From: Escherichia phage EP02SG
Sequence record: PQ301181
Strand: one strand, 5' to 3'
DNA: 64,000 bases
In this document: one piece after another, positions 10,833-20,068 of the stretch
How the letters are laid out: every line of letters begins with the position of its first letter
Numbering within the stretch: the first letter of the stretch is position 1
The notes under the pieces: generated by a model
Told to the model about the DNA's origin: nothing
Databases searched by the model: none
Seen by the model: only the letters and a program-made list of their open reading frames with translations
Position numbers and translations under genes: made by a program

Positions 10833-11654
10833 TCACATATTATGTATAAGCACTTCAGTTTGAAATGATGCGCCCTTCTTTTGCTTCCTATACATGGTTT
10901 CAAAATATTCAATTTTAAAATTATTAGAAAGAGCCCAATCTTTTAAAATATAATTATTAATATCGTCTGATAGATTATTAGTGATAATAAATTTAGACTT
11001 TGATTGTTTAATTTTGTCTAATAATTCTAATTCATCCTTTTCTTCCCAGCCTGAATATTTAAATTTAGTAGAAAGATACGGCGGGTCAATGAATAAATTT
11101 TTGTTTTCAAAATCTAAATCTCTGAATGATTTATTACTAAATGTAAATCGGTGCTGTCTATTTTTAAATTCAGAAAATTTATCCTTCTGAGACTTATTAA
11201 AAGAAGTTCTGGAATACTTGGCTCTATTGGCGAAAGCCGCGTTATAGTTACCATTACTAGAAAATCGGATTAACGAACTGAATGAAAATAAATGTAGAAC
11301 ATAAAGATATAATCCGTTTTTGGTTTTATCGTATTCTTTTGAAAGATTATAAAAAGGTGCTGGATCTTTGTCATTCAAATTAAAGTCTTCAATAATTTGA
11401 ACTATATCATTAATTGAAGATGATTTCATCTTGTTATACATATCTATAAGAGGAGTATTAATATCATTACATATAACATCTCTCTGACAATTCATAGAAA
11501 ATCCAAGACCACCACAAAAAGCATCCAAAACAGGCTTATCGTCAAAGCGGTTTGAAAATTGTCTAATAAATGGCATATACTTATGTTTTGCACCTGGATA
11601 TGTTATGGCAGGTAGGTCTTTCATTTTATTTCTCGTTGTTAGTGACTCGTCCAT
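10833..11654 (-). CDS. dam: DNA N6-adenine methyltransferase, Dam family
   Basis: 273 aa; motifs DAFCGGLGFSMNC (AdoMet site) and LFIDPPYL (DPPY catalytic motif); resembles recalled T4 Dam; AT-rich relative to flanks. Confidence 0.8.
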   Translation of the reverse strand: MDESLTTRNKMKDLPAITYPGAKHKYMPFIRQFSNRFDDKPVLDAFCGGLGFSMNCQRDVICNDINTPLIDMYNKMKSSSINDIVQIIEDFNLNDKDPAPFYNLSKEYDKTKNGLYLYVLHLFSFSSLIRFSSNGNYNAAFANRAKYSRTSFNKSQKDKFSEFKNRQHRFTFSNKSFRDLDFENKNLFIDPPYLSTKFKYSGWEEKDELELLDKIKQSKSKFIITNNLSDDINNYILKDWALSNNFKIEYFETMYRKQKKGASFQTEVLIHNM

Positions 11655-11667
11655 GAGTCAAATTATA

Positions 11668-13923
11668 TCATAATTTACAGGATGAACAATCTTCAGCTTT
11701 AGGTGTTTCTAATTCATAGTCATCTGTACCTGACCCATCACGAGTGTTATGATAGTAGAGGTTTTTTCCGCCAAAGTACCAGAAGTAAAGCAGATCGTCA
11801 AGCATTACTGACATTGGTACTTTACCTTTCTCAAATACCGCAGGGTCATAGTAAGTATTAGCAGAAGCAGATTGGCACACCCATTTCAACATGATAGCAA
11901 CTTGGGTCAAATAAGGTTTATTACCTTTCTTAGCAAGTTTCCACGCGTAGTCGTAAAGACTCATGTTATGTTCTATATTAGGAACAACCTGACGGAAGTT
12001 GCCTTCTTTAGATTCTTTAATACTTACTGGACCGCGCGGTGGCTCAATCCCATTTGTAGAGTTCGATACTTGACTGCTTGACTCACAAGGCATGAGTGCA
12101 GACAACGTTGAGTTACGAATTCCATGTTCTTTGAGTTCAGCTCGAAGTTCTTCCCAGTCACAGACGTAGTTCGGGGCTGCGATTTGGTCAATCTTTTTAT
12201 TGTACCAGTCGATAGGTAATTCGCCTCTAGACCATTTAGTGTCTGAATAATACTCACAAGGCCCTTTTTCTTTGGCGAGCTTGATTGAAGCTTTGATAAG
12301 GCCATATTGCAATCTCTCAAACAATTCATGAGTCAAATCGTTAGCGTCTTCATATGAAGCAAAGTTAGAAGCTAACCATGCAGCATAGTTCGTAACACCA
12401 ACACCAAGATTACGACGCTTTTTAGCTTTTAAAGCTTCTGGAACCGGATAATCTTGATAGTCTAACAGGTTATCAAGTGCACGTACTTGTACTTCAGCAA
12501 GTTCATTAATTTTATCTTGGTCTTGCCAATCAAATTTATCTAATACAAAAGCAGATAATGTGCATAAACCAATTTCAGCATCAGGACCATTCACATCATT
12601 AGTCGGAATAGCGATTTCACAACATAAGTTACTCTGACGAATTGGAGCTTTTTCACGAATAAACGGAGTGTAGTTATTCGTGTTATCAACGAATTGTGGA
12701 TAAATTCGAGCAGTACCAGAACGTTCAGTCATGAACAATTCAAAGAGTTCTAGTGCTTTGATTCTTTTCTTTCTGATTGTCGGGTCTTTTTCAGCTTTCT
12801 CATAAAGCTCACGGAATTTATCTTGATCTTCAAAGAACGAGTAGTATAGTTCGCCTGACATTTCGTGAGGGCTAAATAAAGTAATATAATCATTTTTACC
12901 AAGGCGTTCCATCATAAGGTCATTAATCTGAATTCCGTAGTCCATATGTCGAATACGGTTTTCATCCACGCCTTTGTTATTTTTCAGAACTAATAGGTTC
13001 TCTACTTCTAAGTGCCACATCGGATAATACGCTGTAGCAGCACCACCACGAATACCACCTTGAGAACAAGATTTTACTGCGGTTTGGAAATGTTTCCAGA
13101 ATGGAATAACACCTGTATGTCGAACTTCACCCATACCGATCTTAGAACCTTCTGCACGAAGCATACCGACGTTGATACCGATACCAGCTCGTTTAGAAAT
13201 ATATTCAATAATTGATGCTGAAGTTTTGTTAATAGATTTTAACGAATCACCGGCTTCAATAACTACACAACTAGAGAACTGGCGAGTTGGAGTACGAGCA
13301 CCTGCCATAATTGGGGTAGGCAATGAAACTTGATGAGTAGAAACGGCATCATAAAAACGAATAATATGTTTCAAACGGTCATGAGTTTCGTCTTGATGTA
13401 AGGCCATACCAATAGCCATGATAGCAAACTGTGGAGTTTCATAAATCTTCCCAGTTGTTTTATCTTTAACTAGATATTTTTCTTTAAGCTGCATAGCACC
13501 AGCATAAGTCAGATCAAAGTCTCGTTCATGTTTAATCTGTGAATCGAGATAAATGATTTCTTCTGCTGAATATTGAGACAACAGCTCAGGGTCATATTTG
13601 CCTTCATTAACACAGTAAGAAATATGGTCGATAAAAGCAGGAGGTTCAAACTGTCCGTATACATCTTTACGAAGTGCAAACATTAGCCCTTTGGCGGCGA
13701 CATACTGATAATCAGGTTCTTCGACAGAAATCAAGTTAGCTGCAACTTTAATACAAATCTTCTGAATATCTTTGGTGCTCATCCCATCGACAAGATGGGT
13801 TTTAATTTCTTCGTACAATTCATATGGGTCAATTTGTGTTCCTTCACATTGCCAAGTTAAGACTTGAATAATTTTCTGTGCATCAAAATTTTGGGATACA
13901 CCACTACTCTTAGTTACTTGCAT
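11668..13923 (-). CDS. nrdA: ribonucleotide reductase large subunit
   Basis: 751 aa class Ia RNR R1 with ATP-cone N-terminus and C-terminal Cys pair (CSSCKL). Confidence 0.95.
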   Translation of the reverse strand: MQVTKSSGVSQNFDAQKIIQVLTWQCEGTQIDPYELYEEIKTHLVDGMSTKDIQKICIKVAANLISVEEPDYQYVAAKGLMFALRKDVYGQFEPPAFIDHISYCVNEGKYDPELLSQYSAEEIIYLDSQIKHERDFDLTYAGAMQLKEKYLVKDKTTGKIYETPQFAIMAIGMALHQDETHDRLKHIIRFYDAVSTHQVSLPTPIMAGARTPTRQFSSCVVIEAGDSLKSINKTSASIIEYISKRAGIGINVGMLRAEGSKIGMGEVRHTGVIPFWKHFQTAVKSCSQGGIRGGAATAYYPMWHLEVENLLVLKNNKGVDENRIRHMDYGIQINDLMMERLGKNDYITLFSPHEMSGELYYSFFEDQDKFRELYEKAEKDPTIRKKRIKALELFELFMTERSGTARIYPQFVDNTNNYTPFIREKAPIRQSNLCCEIAIPTNDVNGPDAEIGLCTLSAFVLDKFDWQDQDKINELAEVQVRALDNLLDYQDYPVPEALKAKKRRNLGVGVTNYAAWLASNFASYEDANDLTHELFERLQYGLIKASIKLAKEKGPCEYYSDTKWSRGELPIDWYNKKIDQIAAPNYVCDWEELRAELKEHGIRNSTLSALMPCESSSQVSNSTNGIEPPRGPVSIKESKEGNFRQVVPNIEHNMSLYDYAWKLAKKGNKPYLTQVAIMLKWVCQSASANTYYDPAVFEKGKVPMSVMLDDLLYFWYFGGKNLYYHNTRDGSGTDDYELETPKAEDCSSCKL

Positions 13924-14010
13924 ATATTCCTCAGTATAGGTTGATAGACATTACTCCAAACGGGATGGTATTTATCCCGTTAATTTATTATACACTTTTA
14001 AACTGAAGCG

Positions 14011-14265
14011 TTAATTATCCTCATCAATAATTTCTTCGTATTCTTTAGGTGTCAAGACTGTGATATCGAAATAAACCACCGGTTCTTTTTCTATACCGTA
14101 ACCACCACAAAATTCACGATATTCATAAATTCGTTCATGTGAATAGCAAATGAATCGTTCACCTTTAATTGTGATTTCACTATTCGGTGAAGGGATATCC
14201 AGTTCGGTAGGATTTTTCATTTCAAAAATTGTGGTGCCATATGAATTAATAAAACGTAAAATCAT
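14011..14265 (-). CDS. hypothetical protein (84 aa)
   Basis: ORF track; between td and nrdA. Confidence 0.5.
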   Translation of the reverse strand: MILRFINSYGTTIFEMKNPTELDIPSPNSEITIKGERFICYSHERIYEYREFCGGYGIEKEPVVYFDITVLTPKEYEEIIDEDN

Positions 14266-14266
14266 T

Positions 14267-15127
14267 TTATACCGCCATTTTAGCTTTGATAGCTGGATGT
14301 GATTCGTAATTTTTAAGAACGAAATCAGAATGTGTCATCGTTCCAGTAACCCAGTCCATTTGGATTTTTGTAGGCCAATTCTCAAAATTACTAGGCCAAT
14401 TAATTTCAAGAGAACATAACTCTTTAGGTTCACGACGAAGAACTTCTTTGCATTGTTCTACATGATTGCTGTAGATATGCGTGTTGCCGCCTGAGAACAC
14501 TAAATCACCTGGGATAAGGTTACACATCTTCGCTACAATATGCGTCAAGGCAGCGTACGAGGCAATGTTGAACGGCAGACCCAAGAAAACATCTACACTG
14601 CGTTGATACCATTGTAAATCAAGATGTCCATTACGCACGTTAAATTGATAGAACATATGACAAGGAGGAAGAGCCATTTGGTCAATTTCAGCCGGGTTCC
14701 ATGCAGAAACTATTTGACGACGATCATTAGGAAGAGCTTTAATACGGTCGATAGTTTTGACCAATTGGTCTACACCGCCGAAATCACGCCATTGCTTACC
14801 ATAAATAGGACCAAGTTCGCCGCTATGATATCCAAGGTCTTTTGCCTGATTTTCATAGTTGTCGTCCCAAATAGTTTTACCTTGAATAAGACTACCATGA
14901 GTACGAATACGCAAATCATTAACATTGGTAGAACCAGACATGAACCACAGTAACTCGGCAATACAAGCTTTCCATGCTAATTTCTTAGTTGTTACCGCAG
15001 GGAATCCTTTAGTCAGATCCCATCGCAATTTAGTTCCGAACAGGGCAATAGTGCCTGTACCTGTACGGTCGTCTGTTTCGTAGCCATTTTCTAAGATATC
15101 TTTAATCAGGTATTGGTATTGTTTCAT
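14267..15127 (-). CDS. td: thymidylate synthase
   Basis: 286 aa continuous (no intron); active-site LPPCHMFYQF. Confidence 0.95.
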   Translation of the reverse strand: MKQYQYLIKDILENGYETDDRTGTGTIALFGTKLRWDLTKGFPAVTTKKLAWKACIAELLWFMSGSTNVNDLRIRTHGSLIQGKTIWDDNYENQAKDLGYHSGELGPIYGKQWRDFGGVDQLVKTIDRIKALPNDRRQIVSAWNPAEIDQMALPPCHMFYQFNVRNGHLDLQWYQRSVDVFLGLPFNIASYAALTHIVAKMCNLIPGDLVFSGGNTHIYSNHVEQCKEVLRREPKELCSLEINWPSNFENWPTKIQMDWVTGTMTHSDFVLKNYESHPAIKAKMAV

Positions 15128-15711
15128 TTATAAACGCTCTCAGTAATTTCGGTGAGTTCATCGATTCTGTAGTAATGAGATTCTACCATAGAACGTTGAA
15201 GCATAATATCTTGGACGAAATCTTTATCAAGTTGAACATCGGAATTAACACGACATTTCTTAATGATTTTAGTCATCACGATTTCATCGGCATAAGGCAG
15301 TGCTTGTTTTAATAAGGCAGGACCGCCAATAACCGAGACATCAACATGTTCAGTAGAAAGTTTAAACGGTACGTCAGTTGCAGGGCTAAACAGGTTAATT
15401 TCACCACCTGTTACCAAGGTAATAAATTCAGATTGGGTGATATAGAACCGTGCAAGTTCGTTGGTTTTAGTCCTAGGCAGTTTTCTGGCCATATCAGTGA
15501 CAACCACATGAGTACGATCTGGTAGTAGACGAGGTAATGATGCAAAAGTCTTAGCACCCATAACCATTACAGTGTTTTTAGTGCGAGCAACAAAGTTACT
15601 CATATCTTGTTTGATATGCTTCCATGGAAGTCCATCACCTAATCCAAAAGCATATTCCAGTTTATCATCAACTGTTTTAGACGGTGCGCATGCGAATACT
15701 AATTTAAGCAT
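15124..15711 (-). CDS. frd: dihydrofolate reductase
   Basis: Matches recalled T4 Frd from MLKLVF.C.P.KTVD...; start at internal ATG 15709-15711 rather than track start 15795. Confidence 0.85.
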   Translation of the reverse strand: MLKLVFACAPSKTVDDKLEYAFGLGDGLPWKHIKQDMSNFVARTKNTVMVMGAKTFASLPRLLPDRTHVVVTDMARKLPRTKTNELARFYITQSEFITLVTGGEINLFSPATDVPFKLSTEHVDVSVIGGPALLKQALPYADEIVMTKIIKKCRVNSDVQLDKDFVQDIMLQRSMVESHYYRIDELTEITESVYK

Positions 15712-15952
15712 TTTTAAGTCCTTTAATAACTTTTTGGATTTGTGATTTAGAAGAAACCAAATCAGTCTGGATTTGACAACCATCGGTTGGGTCAAATATT
15801 ATAACACAAACGCGAGGTTTTGTTGTGTATCGCCCGGACAAATCAAATGCGTCACCAATGAATTCGGCCAAATCCGGATGGTCTAAATTAACTGAAGTAT
15901 AAACTTCATATCCGACATCAGCGCCTTGAGAGTATTCAACAACAACATTCAT
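15704..15952 (-). CDS. hypothetical protein (82 aa)
   Basis: ORF track. Confidence 0.5.
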   Translation of the reverse strand: MNVVVEYSQGADVGYEVYTSVNLDHPDLAEFIGDAFDLSGRYTTKPRVCVIIFDPTDGCQIQTDLVSSKSQIQKVIKGLKNA

Positions 15953-15954
15953 AA

Positions 15955-16203
15955 TTATTTCCTCAGATTTTTCTTAACAACTTTCCAATCAGCTTTAAAC
16001 TGATCGACGTCAGAATGATAAATCCAGAATCCTGCACTTTCACCATCTTCGTAGAGTGGACATCCATCACATTCTTCGTTCCAACCCATTTCTCGTAAAG
16101 CTTCTTCAGCTTGTTCAAGGAGTTCAGCGTCTTTACCGACGATGTTGAAGTACCATTTACCTCTAACTTCCGAATCTTTGATGCTCTGGCGTTGCAATCT
16201 CAT
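15955..16203 (-). CDS. hypothetical protein (82 aa)
   Basis: ORF track. Confidence 0.5.
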   Translation of the reverse strand: MRLQRQSIKDSEVRGKWYFNIVGKDAELLEQAEEALREMGWNEECDGCPLYEDGESAGFWIYHSDVDQFKADWKVVKKNLRK

Positions 16204-16267
16204 TTTATTCTCCGCTTCACTTTTGATTTGATAGGGCTACTATAACATAACCCTATCTGATTGTACA

Positions 16268-16672
16268 CTACTTTTTAAAAGTTTTTTGCAAAAGTTTGAT
16301 GATTTCGTCGACGTTGGTTTCATCTACGATACAATGGATTTTTGTTACACCTAAAGTTATACCTTCGTTAGTAGGTTGAGGCTTTTCTAAAGTTACCTCA
16401 GTAAAGTACTCAATAAAGTATTTGAACTCGTCAGGATAAATCTCAAAATAAGTTTCAATTTCACCACCAGCAGAACATACCGTACCATCTTCCATAGTTA
16501 CACTTACTACGTTTGACGTATCGCTATCATAATCAGGTTCCATTCCGTTTACAACAAAACTAGGCCCGTGGAGTTCAATCAATTTTAACATCTTAGCGTT
16601 ATTGTGTGGCGCTTCTTGAACAAAGTCGTCTTTAAACAAAGGGTTAATGATATAAGATTTTCCGATTTCCAT
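16268..16672 (-). CDS. hypothetical protein (134 aa)
   Basis: ORF track; promoter-like element 16700-16730 upstream. Confidence 0.55.
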   Translation of the reverse strand: MEIGKSYIINPLFKDDFVQEAPHNNAKMLKLIELHGPSFVVNGMEPDYDSDTSNVVSVTMEDGTVCSAGGEIETYFEIYPDEFKYFIEYFTEVTLEKPQPTNEGITLGVTKIHCIVDETNVDEIIKLLQKTFKK

Positions 16673-16699
16673 TTTGATTTCCTCATGTTGTTGATAGGT

Positions 16700-16730
16700 C
16701 TATACTAACACATCCAGGGAAGAAGTAAAC
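16700..16730 (-). promoter_or_regulatory. T4-type early promoter
   Basis: ctatactaa ... gtaaac upstream of ORF 16268..16672. Confidence 0.5.
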
Positions 16731-16761
16731 AACTTTTTCGGCAATTTACAGATACTCAAAA

Positions 16762-16779
16762 GGGAGACCGAAGTCTCCC
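16762..16779 (-). terminator. stem-loop GGGAGAC-UUCG-GUCUCCC after gene 32
   Basis: Identical 18-mer to 945-962. Confidence 0.55.
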
Positions 16780-16785
16780 GATTTA

Positions 16786-17688
16786 TTATAGACCGGCTAA
16801 CAGGTCATCGAGGTCACCATCATCAGAGGATGAGGTAGAGCTCATGAAGTCATCTTCAGTTTTTGCAGAACTAAAGGCTTCCATGTCTTTATCAAAATCG
16901 TCAAGGTCAGAAGCAACTTTATCTGCAACAGAAGCTGCTGCGGCTGCTGCACCACCAAGAGCGGCAGTACCAAGAACCTTAGCGAAAGATTCATTTAATT
17001 TTTCAAAGGATTTGAACTGGTCTTTAGCCGTCAAAGTAGTAAGGTCTACCATCTGGTCATATAGTTCTTTCTGGAATGCTTCGTCATTAATACGAGGAAT
17101 TTCAGATTGACCCAAGAATTTAGATTCATCATAGTTGCTAAAACCGGAAACCTGCTTAGCTTTCAGAACGAAGTTAGCACCTTCAAACGGGCAAGTAACA
17201 TCAACCGGAGTTTCACCCATTTCGGTATCAACTGCAATCATTGCATTGATTTTGTCCCAAATCTTTTTACCGAAACGATATTTAAATACTTTACCTTCAT
17301 TATCTGGAGCTTGAGGGTCTTTAACAACCAGAATATTAGCCCAATAAGAAGTTTTACGTTTCAGTTGAGAATATTCAGTTTTGTTGGTATTGTACAGGTC
17401 ATTTTTAATAATGTACTGACATACAGGACAAGAGTCATAATCACCATGTGTAGAAGAGCAATTTTCAATATACCATTTACCATTTTTCTTGAAACCGTGG
17501 TTAACAAGAATTGCAAATGGAAGTGCGTCATCTGTTTTTGCCGGCAGGAAACGAATTACCGCTTGACCATTACCGGATGCATCGAGTTTCAGCTTCCATT
17601 CACCTTTATCTTCTGAAGAGAAACCTTTGTTACCATTCAGTTTAGCCATCTGAGCTGCGAGGTCTGCGGTACTTTTACGTTTAAACAT
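16786..17688 (-). CDS. 32: single-stranded DNA-binding protein gp32
   Basis: 300 aa; zinc site [11 protein letters not shown]; acidic C-terminal tail; T4 order 32-59-33. Confidence 0.95.
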   Translation of the reverse strand: MFKRKSTADLAAQMAKLNGNKGFSSEDKGEWKLKLDASGNGQAVIRFLPAKTDDALPFAILVNHGFKKNGKWYIENCSSTHGDYDSCPVCQYIIKNDLYNTNKTEYSQLKRKTSYWANILVVKDPQAPDNEGKVFKYRFGKKIWDKINAMIAVDTEMGETPVDVTCPFEGANFVLKAKQVSGFSNYDESKFLGQSEIPRINDEAFQKELYDQMVDLTTLTAKDQFKSFEKLNESFAKVLGTAALGGAAAAAASVADKVASDLDDFDKDMEAFSSAKTEDDFMSSTSSSDDGDLDDLLAGL

Positions 17689-17760
17689 TTTATTTGCCTT
17701 TATTTAGATTATTAATTAAATTTTACAGTTGGTTGCTACGACACTTATACCTCGTAGCTG
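17689..17760 (-). promoter_or_regulatory. gene 32 5' leader with hairpin (candidate autoregulatory translational operator)
   Basis: AU-rich unstructured tract before ATG and inverted repeat gctacga...tcgtagc at about 17733-17756; T4 gene 32 autoregulates translation through its leader. Confidence 0.4.
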
Positions 17761-17768
17761 GTATGATT

Positions 17769-17776
17769 TATTTATA
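17769..17776 (-). promoter_or_regulatory. late promoter TATAAATA upstream of gene 32
   Basis: Exact TATAAATA on minus strand about 80 nt upstream of start. Confidence 0.4.
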
Positions 17777-17804
17777 AAGTAATTTTAACACACAAGAAAT
17801 AAAG

Positions 17805-18458
17805 CTAATACTTACATGATTTGATTGTTTCTATGAACAATTTCTTAGCAGCATTTCCATCGATTTGAAGTATTTTTCGATATGCCTTTAATTTGGTAGA
17901 ATAATTTTGCCAGACTAAATTATCGGTGAGTTCATCGTGCTTATCTATAATATTCAAAAATGAGTCCAACAATAAGAAAGTCTCAAATGAAATTATATTG
18001 CTTTGTAGCAATTTGAATATGTAGCTCGACTGAACGTTGTTATTATAATCAAATATCTCTTGAAGCGCACTAACTTCAACTTTCTTACTGAAATAGTAGA
18101 TGTTACGTACGTCTTCGGCAAACGTCTCCTTAGCTTGTTTGAGACGTCCAATATATTCCCTATAGAAAACTAATGCATCAGCGTCTGATATCTCACCAAT
18201 CCATGCATCTTGGTTAGCAACTAAGTTGCTTATGAATATCAAGGTGAGTTCCTTCAATTTATATTTCTCTGATAGTTTTTCAAAGAAATATTTATCTCGG
18301 CGTTTTTGATACGCATTATCCGAAACACGCATGCACCAGTTATATTTGATTACGTCATACCGACCATTAAAATGTTGTTTGCACATCAAGTATAGTTTGT
18401 ATACCGATTTTCCGTTAATATAACGTTCTCCATCAGGAGGCATGCGTATTTTAATCAT
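17805..18458 (-). CDS. 59: helicase loader gp59
   Basis: 217 aa as in T4 gp59, position between 32 and 33. Confidence 0.8.
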   Translation of the reverse strand: MIKIRMPPDGERYINGKSVYKLYLMCKQHFNGRYDVIKYNWCMRVSDNAYQKRRDKYFFEKLSEKYKLKELTLIFISNLVANQDAWIGEISDADALVFYREYIGRLKQAKETFAEDVRNIYYFSKKVEVSALQEIFDYNNNVQSSYIFKLLQSNIISFETFLLLDSFLNIIDKHDELTDNLVWQNYSTKLKAYRKILQIDGNAAKKLFIETIKSCKY

Positions 18459-18793
18459 AATAAGAAATCTAACGTATTAGTTTTTTCACCACGAGCAACT
18501 GATGGGCGAAGCATGTTTTCGTCAATTGCTTCGCTTGTAATTTTTTCAACAATTCCTGTAGGAATAAATTTAGCAAATTGTGTTTCTGGAATAGAATTTT
18601 CTTCTAAGAAAGCAGTTGTTGCTTCTAAATAAGACATACCAAATTGTTCAACCATGGATTCGATAATGAATCCGTTTTCTTGTCGGTCAAGCAATTTAGC
18701 GATATCATCTTTATCGTGTTTTACTGCTAATTCTTGTTCAGATAAACCGGTCTCATCAACCGGTTTAATATCACTTAGTGAAAACTGTGTCAT
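18455..18793 (-). CDS. 33: late transcription co-activator gp33
   Basis: 112 aa as in T4 gp33, position. Confidence 0.75.
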   Translation of the reverse strand: MTQFSLSDIKPVDETGLSEQELAVKHDKDDIAKLLDRQENGFIIESMVEQFGMSYLEATTAFLEENSIPETQFAKFIPTGIVEKITSEAIDENMLRPSVARGEKTNTLDFLL

Positions 18794-19058
18794 AAAGCTC
18801 GACTACCTCTTCGTTTTCAGCTTCAAATTGATCACGAGCGTCTTTATGATAAAGAGCTAACAAACGATTAAACATTTTTCCATCGACGCCAAGCTCTTCT
18901 TTAGCACGAGTACGAATGTCTTTAATCAGTTCATTATAACCAGAAATTTTAAGTTTGTTATCGGAAGCTTCCTTGACTAGTTTAGCCAGTTCTTCACCAT
19001 GCACATCTTGATTAAATTCAACTGCTTCTTTCTTAGCCATGTTTACCTCAGAATTCAT
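18771..19058 (-). CDS. dsbA: dsDNA-binding protein DsbA
   Basis: about 90 aa charged protein between 33 and rnh as in T4. Confidence 0.65.
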   Translation of the reverse strand: MNSEVNMAKKEAVEFNQDVHGEELAKLVKEASDNKLKISGYNELIKDIRTRAKEELGVDGKMFNRLLALYHKDARDQFEAENEEVVELYDTVFTK

Positions 19059-19965
19059 TAATTACACTTGTTAATTTAAAAAGACCAGATTTTACAAAGT
19101 ATGAATAAATCTTGCCTTTAGGTTGTGGTTTATATGAGTTATAATACTCTATAATGGTTGAAGCAATATTATCAGGGATATAATCAAAATCAATAAGAAC
19201 CAAATTTTCTTGATACCGTTTATATTCTTCTGCACTTAATAATACTTCAGCTTGAGAACGGTCATTGGCAATTGCTTCAATAATCGTTGTTTTCATGCTC
19301 GGAGTTCGTTCACCATCAACTCTGGTAAACCAGAAGTCGCCACGAACTCGAACAGATGCAACGCCGTCTTTACGGTCACCTTTAAGAATTTTAGTCATGC
19401 AATCAATTTCAGCAGAACCGTTCTTAATTTTAACCCATTTTTTCTGTGGTGGCGACCACTGTTTAACGTTAGGATATTTGTGTAATTGTGTAAAGTCACC
19501 ATCTGATGCAACAATACATACCTTATGACCAGCTAATGACAAATATTTAGTTAATACACCGATATGGTCATCCGCTTCATACTTGTCAATATCCATTACA
19601 ACGTACGGCATGTATTTCTTAATCTCATCAACAACTTGACGGAGTGCAGTAAAATATCCTTCCCAATCCCACTTTGAAGCTTCACGATCGGTTTTACGAT
19701 TTTTCTTGTAATAGTAAGCAAAGTCACGACGCCAATAACCTGAAGTAGCATTATCCATACACAATACAAATTTTGTATAGCCTTGCTTACGGAACATCAC
19801 TACGTTTTTACGAATTGAATTCAAGATTACATGGCGAACCATCGGAACAGTAATTTTATCGCCATCTTCAAAGTTGTTTAATGCGGCTGCCAATGCAATG
19901 TTACTAAAGTCGGCAAGTGCAATACCTTCTTTGTAATCTTCATCCAACATCATTTCTAAATCCAT
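19048..19965 (-). CDS. rnh: RNase H / 5'-3' flap exonuclease
   Basis: 305 aa as in T4 RNase H; FEN-family acidic clusters. Confidence 0.9.
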   Translation of the reverse strand: MDLEMMLDEDYKEGIALADFSNIALAAALNNFEDGDKITVPMVRHVILNSIRKNVVMFRKQGYTKFVLCMDNATSGYWRRDFAYYYKKNRKTDREASKWDWEGYFTALRQVVDEIKKYMPYVVMDIDKYEADDHIGVLTKYLSLAGHKVCIVASDGDFTQLHKYPNVKQWSPPQKKWVKIKNGSAEIDCMTKILKGDRKDGVASVRVRGDFWFTRVDGERTPSMKTTIIEAIANDRSQAEVLLSAEEYKRYQENLVLIDFDYIPDNIASTIIEYYNSYKPQPKGKIYSYFVKSGLFKLTSVINEF

Positions 19966-19995
19966 ATGAACCTCTTGTTCAGTTAGTCAACTTGT

Positions 19996-20027
19996 CTATA
20001 GTAACATACTCATTTGAAAGCGTAAAC
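19996..20027 (-). promoter_or_regulatory. T4-type early promoter upstream of rnh
   Basis: ctatagtaa ... gtaaac; divergent from gene 34 late promoter. Confidence 0.5.
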
Positions 20028-20030
20028 TGG

Positions 20031-20038
20031 TATAAATA
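20031..20038 (+). promoter_or_regulatory. late promoter TATAAATA for gene 34
   Basis: Exact TATAAATA about 30 nt upstream of gene 34 ATG. Confidence 0.6.
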
Positions 20039-20068
20039 AGTATTATTGAAACAATAAAGGAAAAACGA

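Noticed and set aside
9619-15127. Group I introns or homing endonucleases in td, nrdB or nrdA
   Set aside because: td (286 aa), nrdB (392 aa) and nrdA (751 aa) are continuous full-length ORFs; no GIY-YIG or HNH ORF sits inside them.
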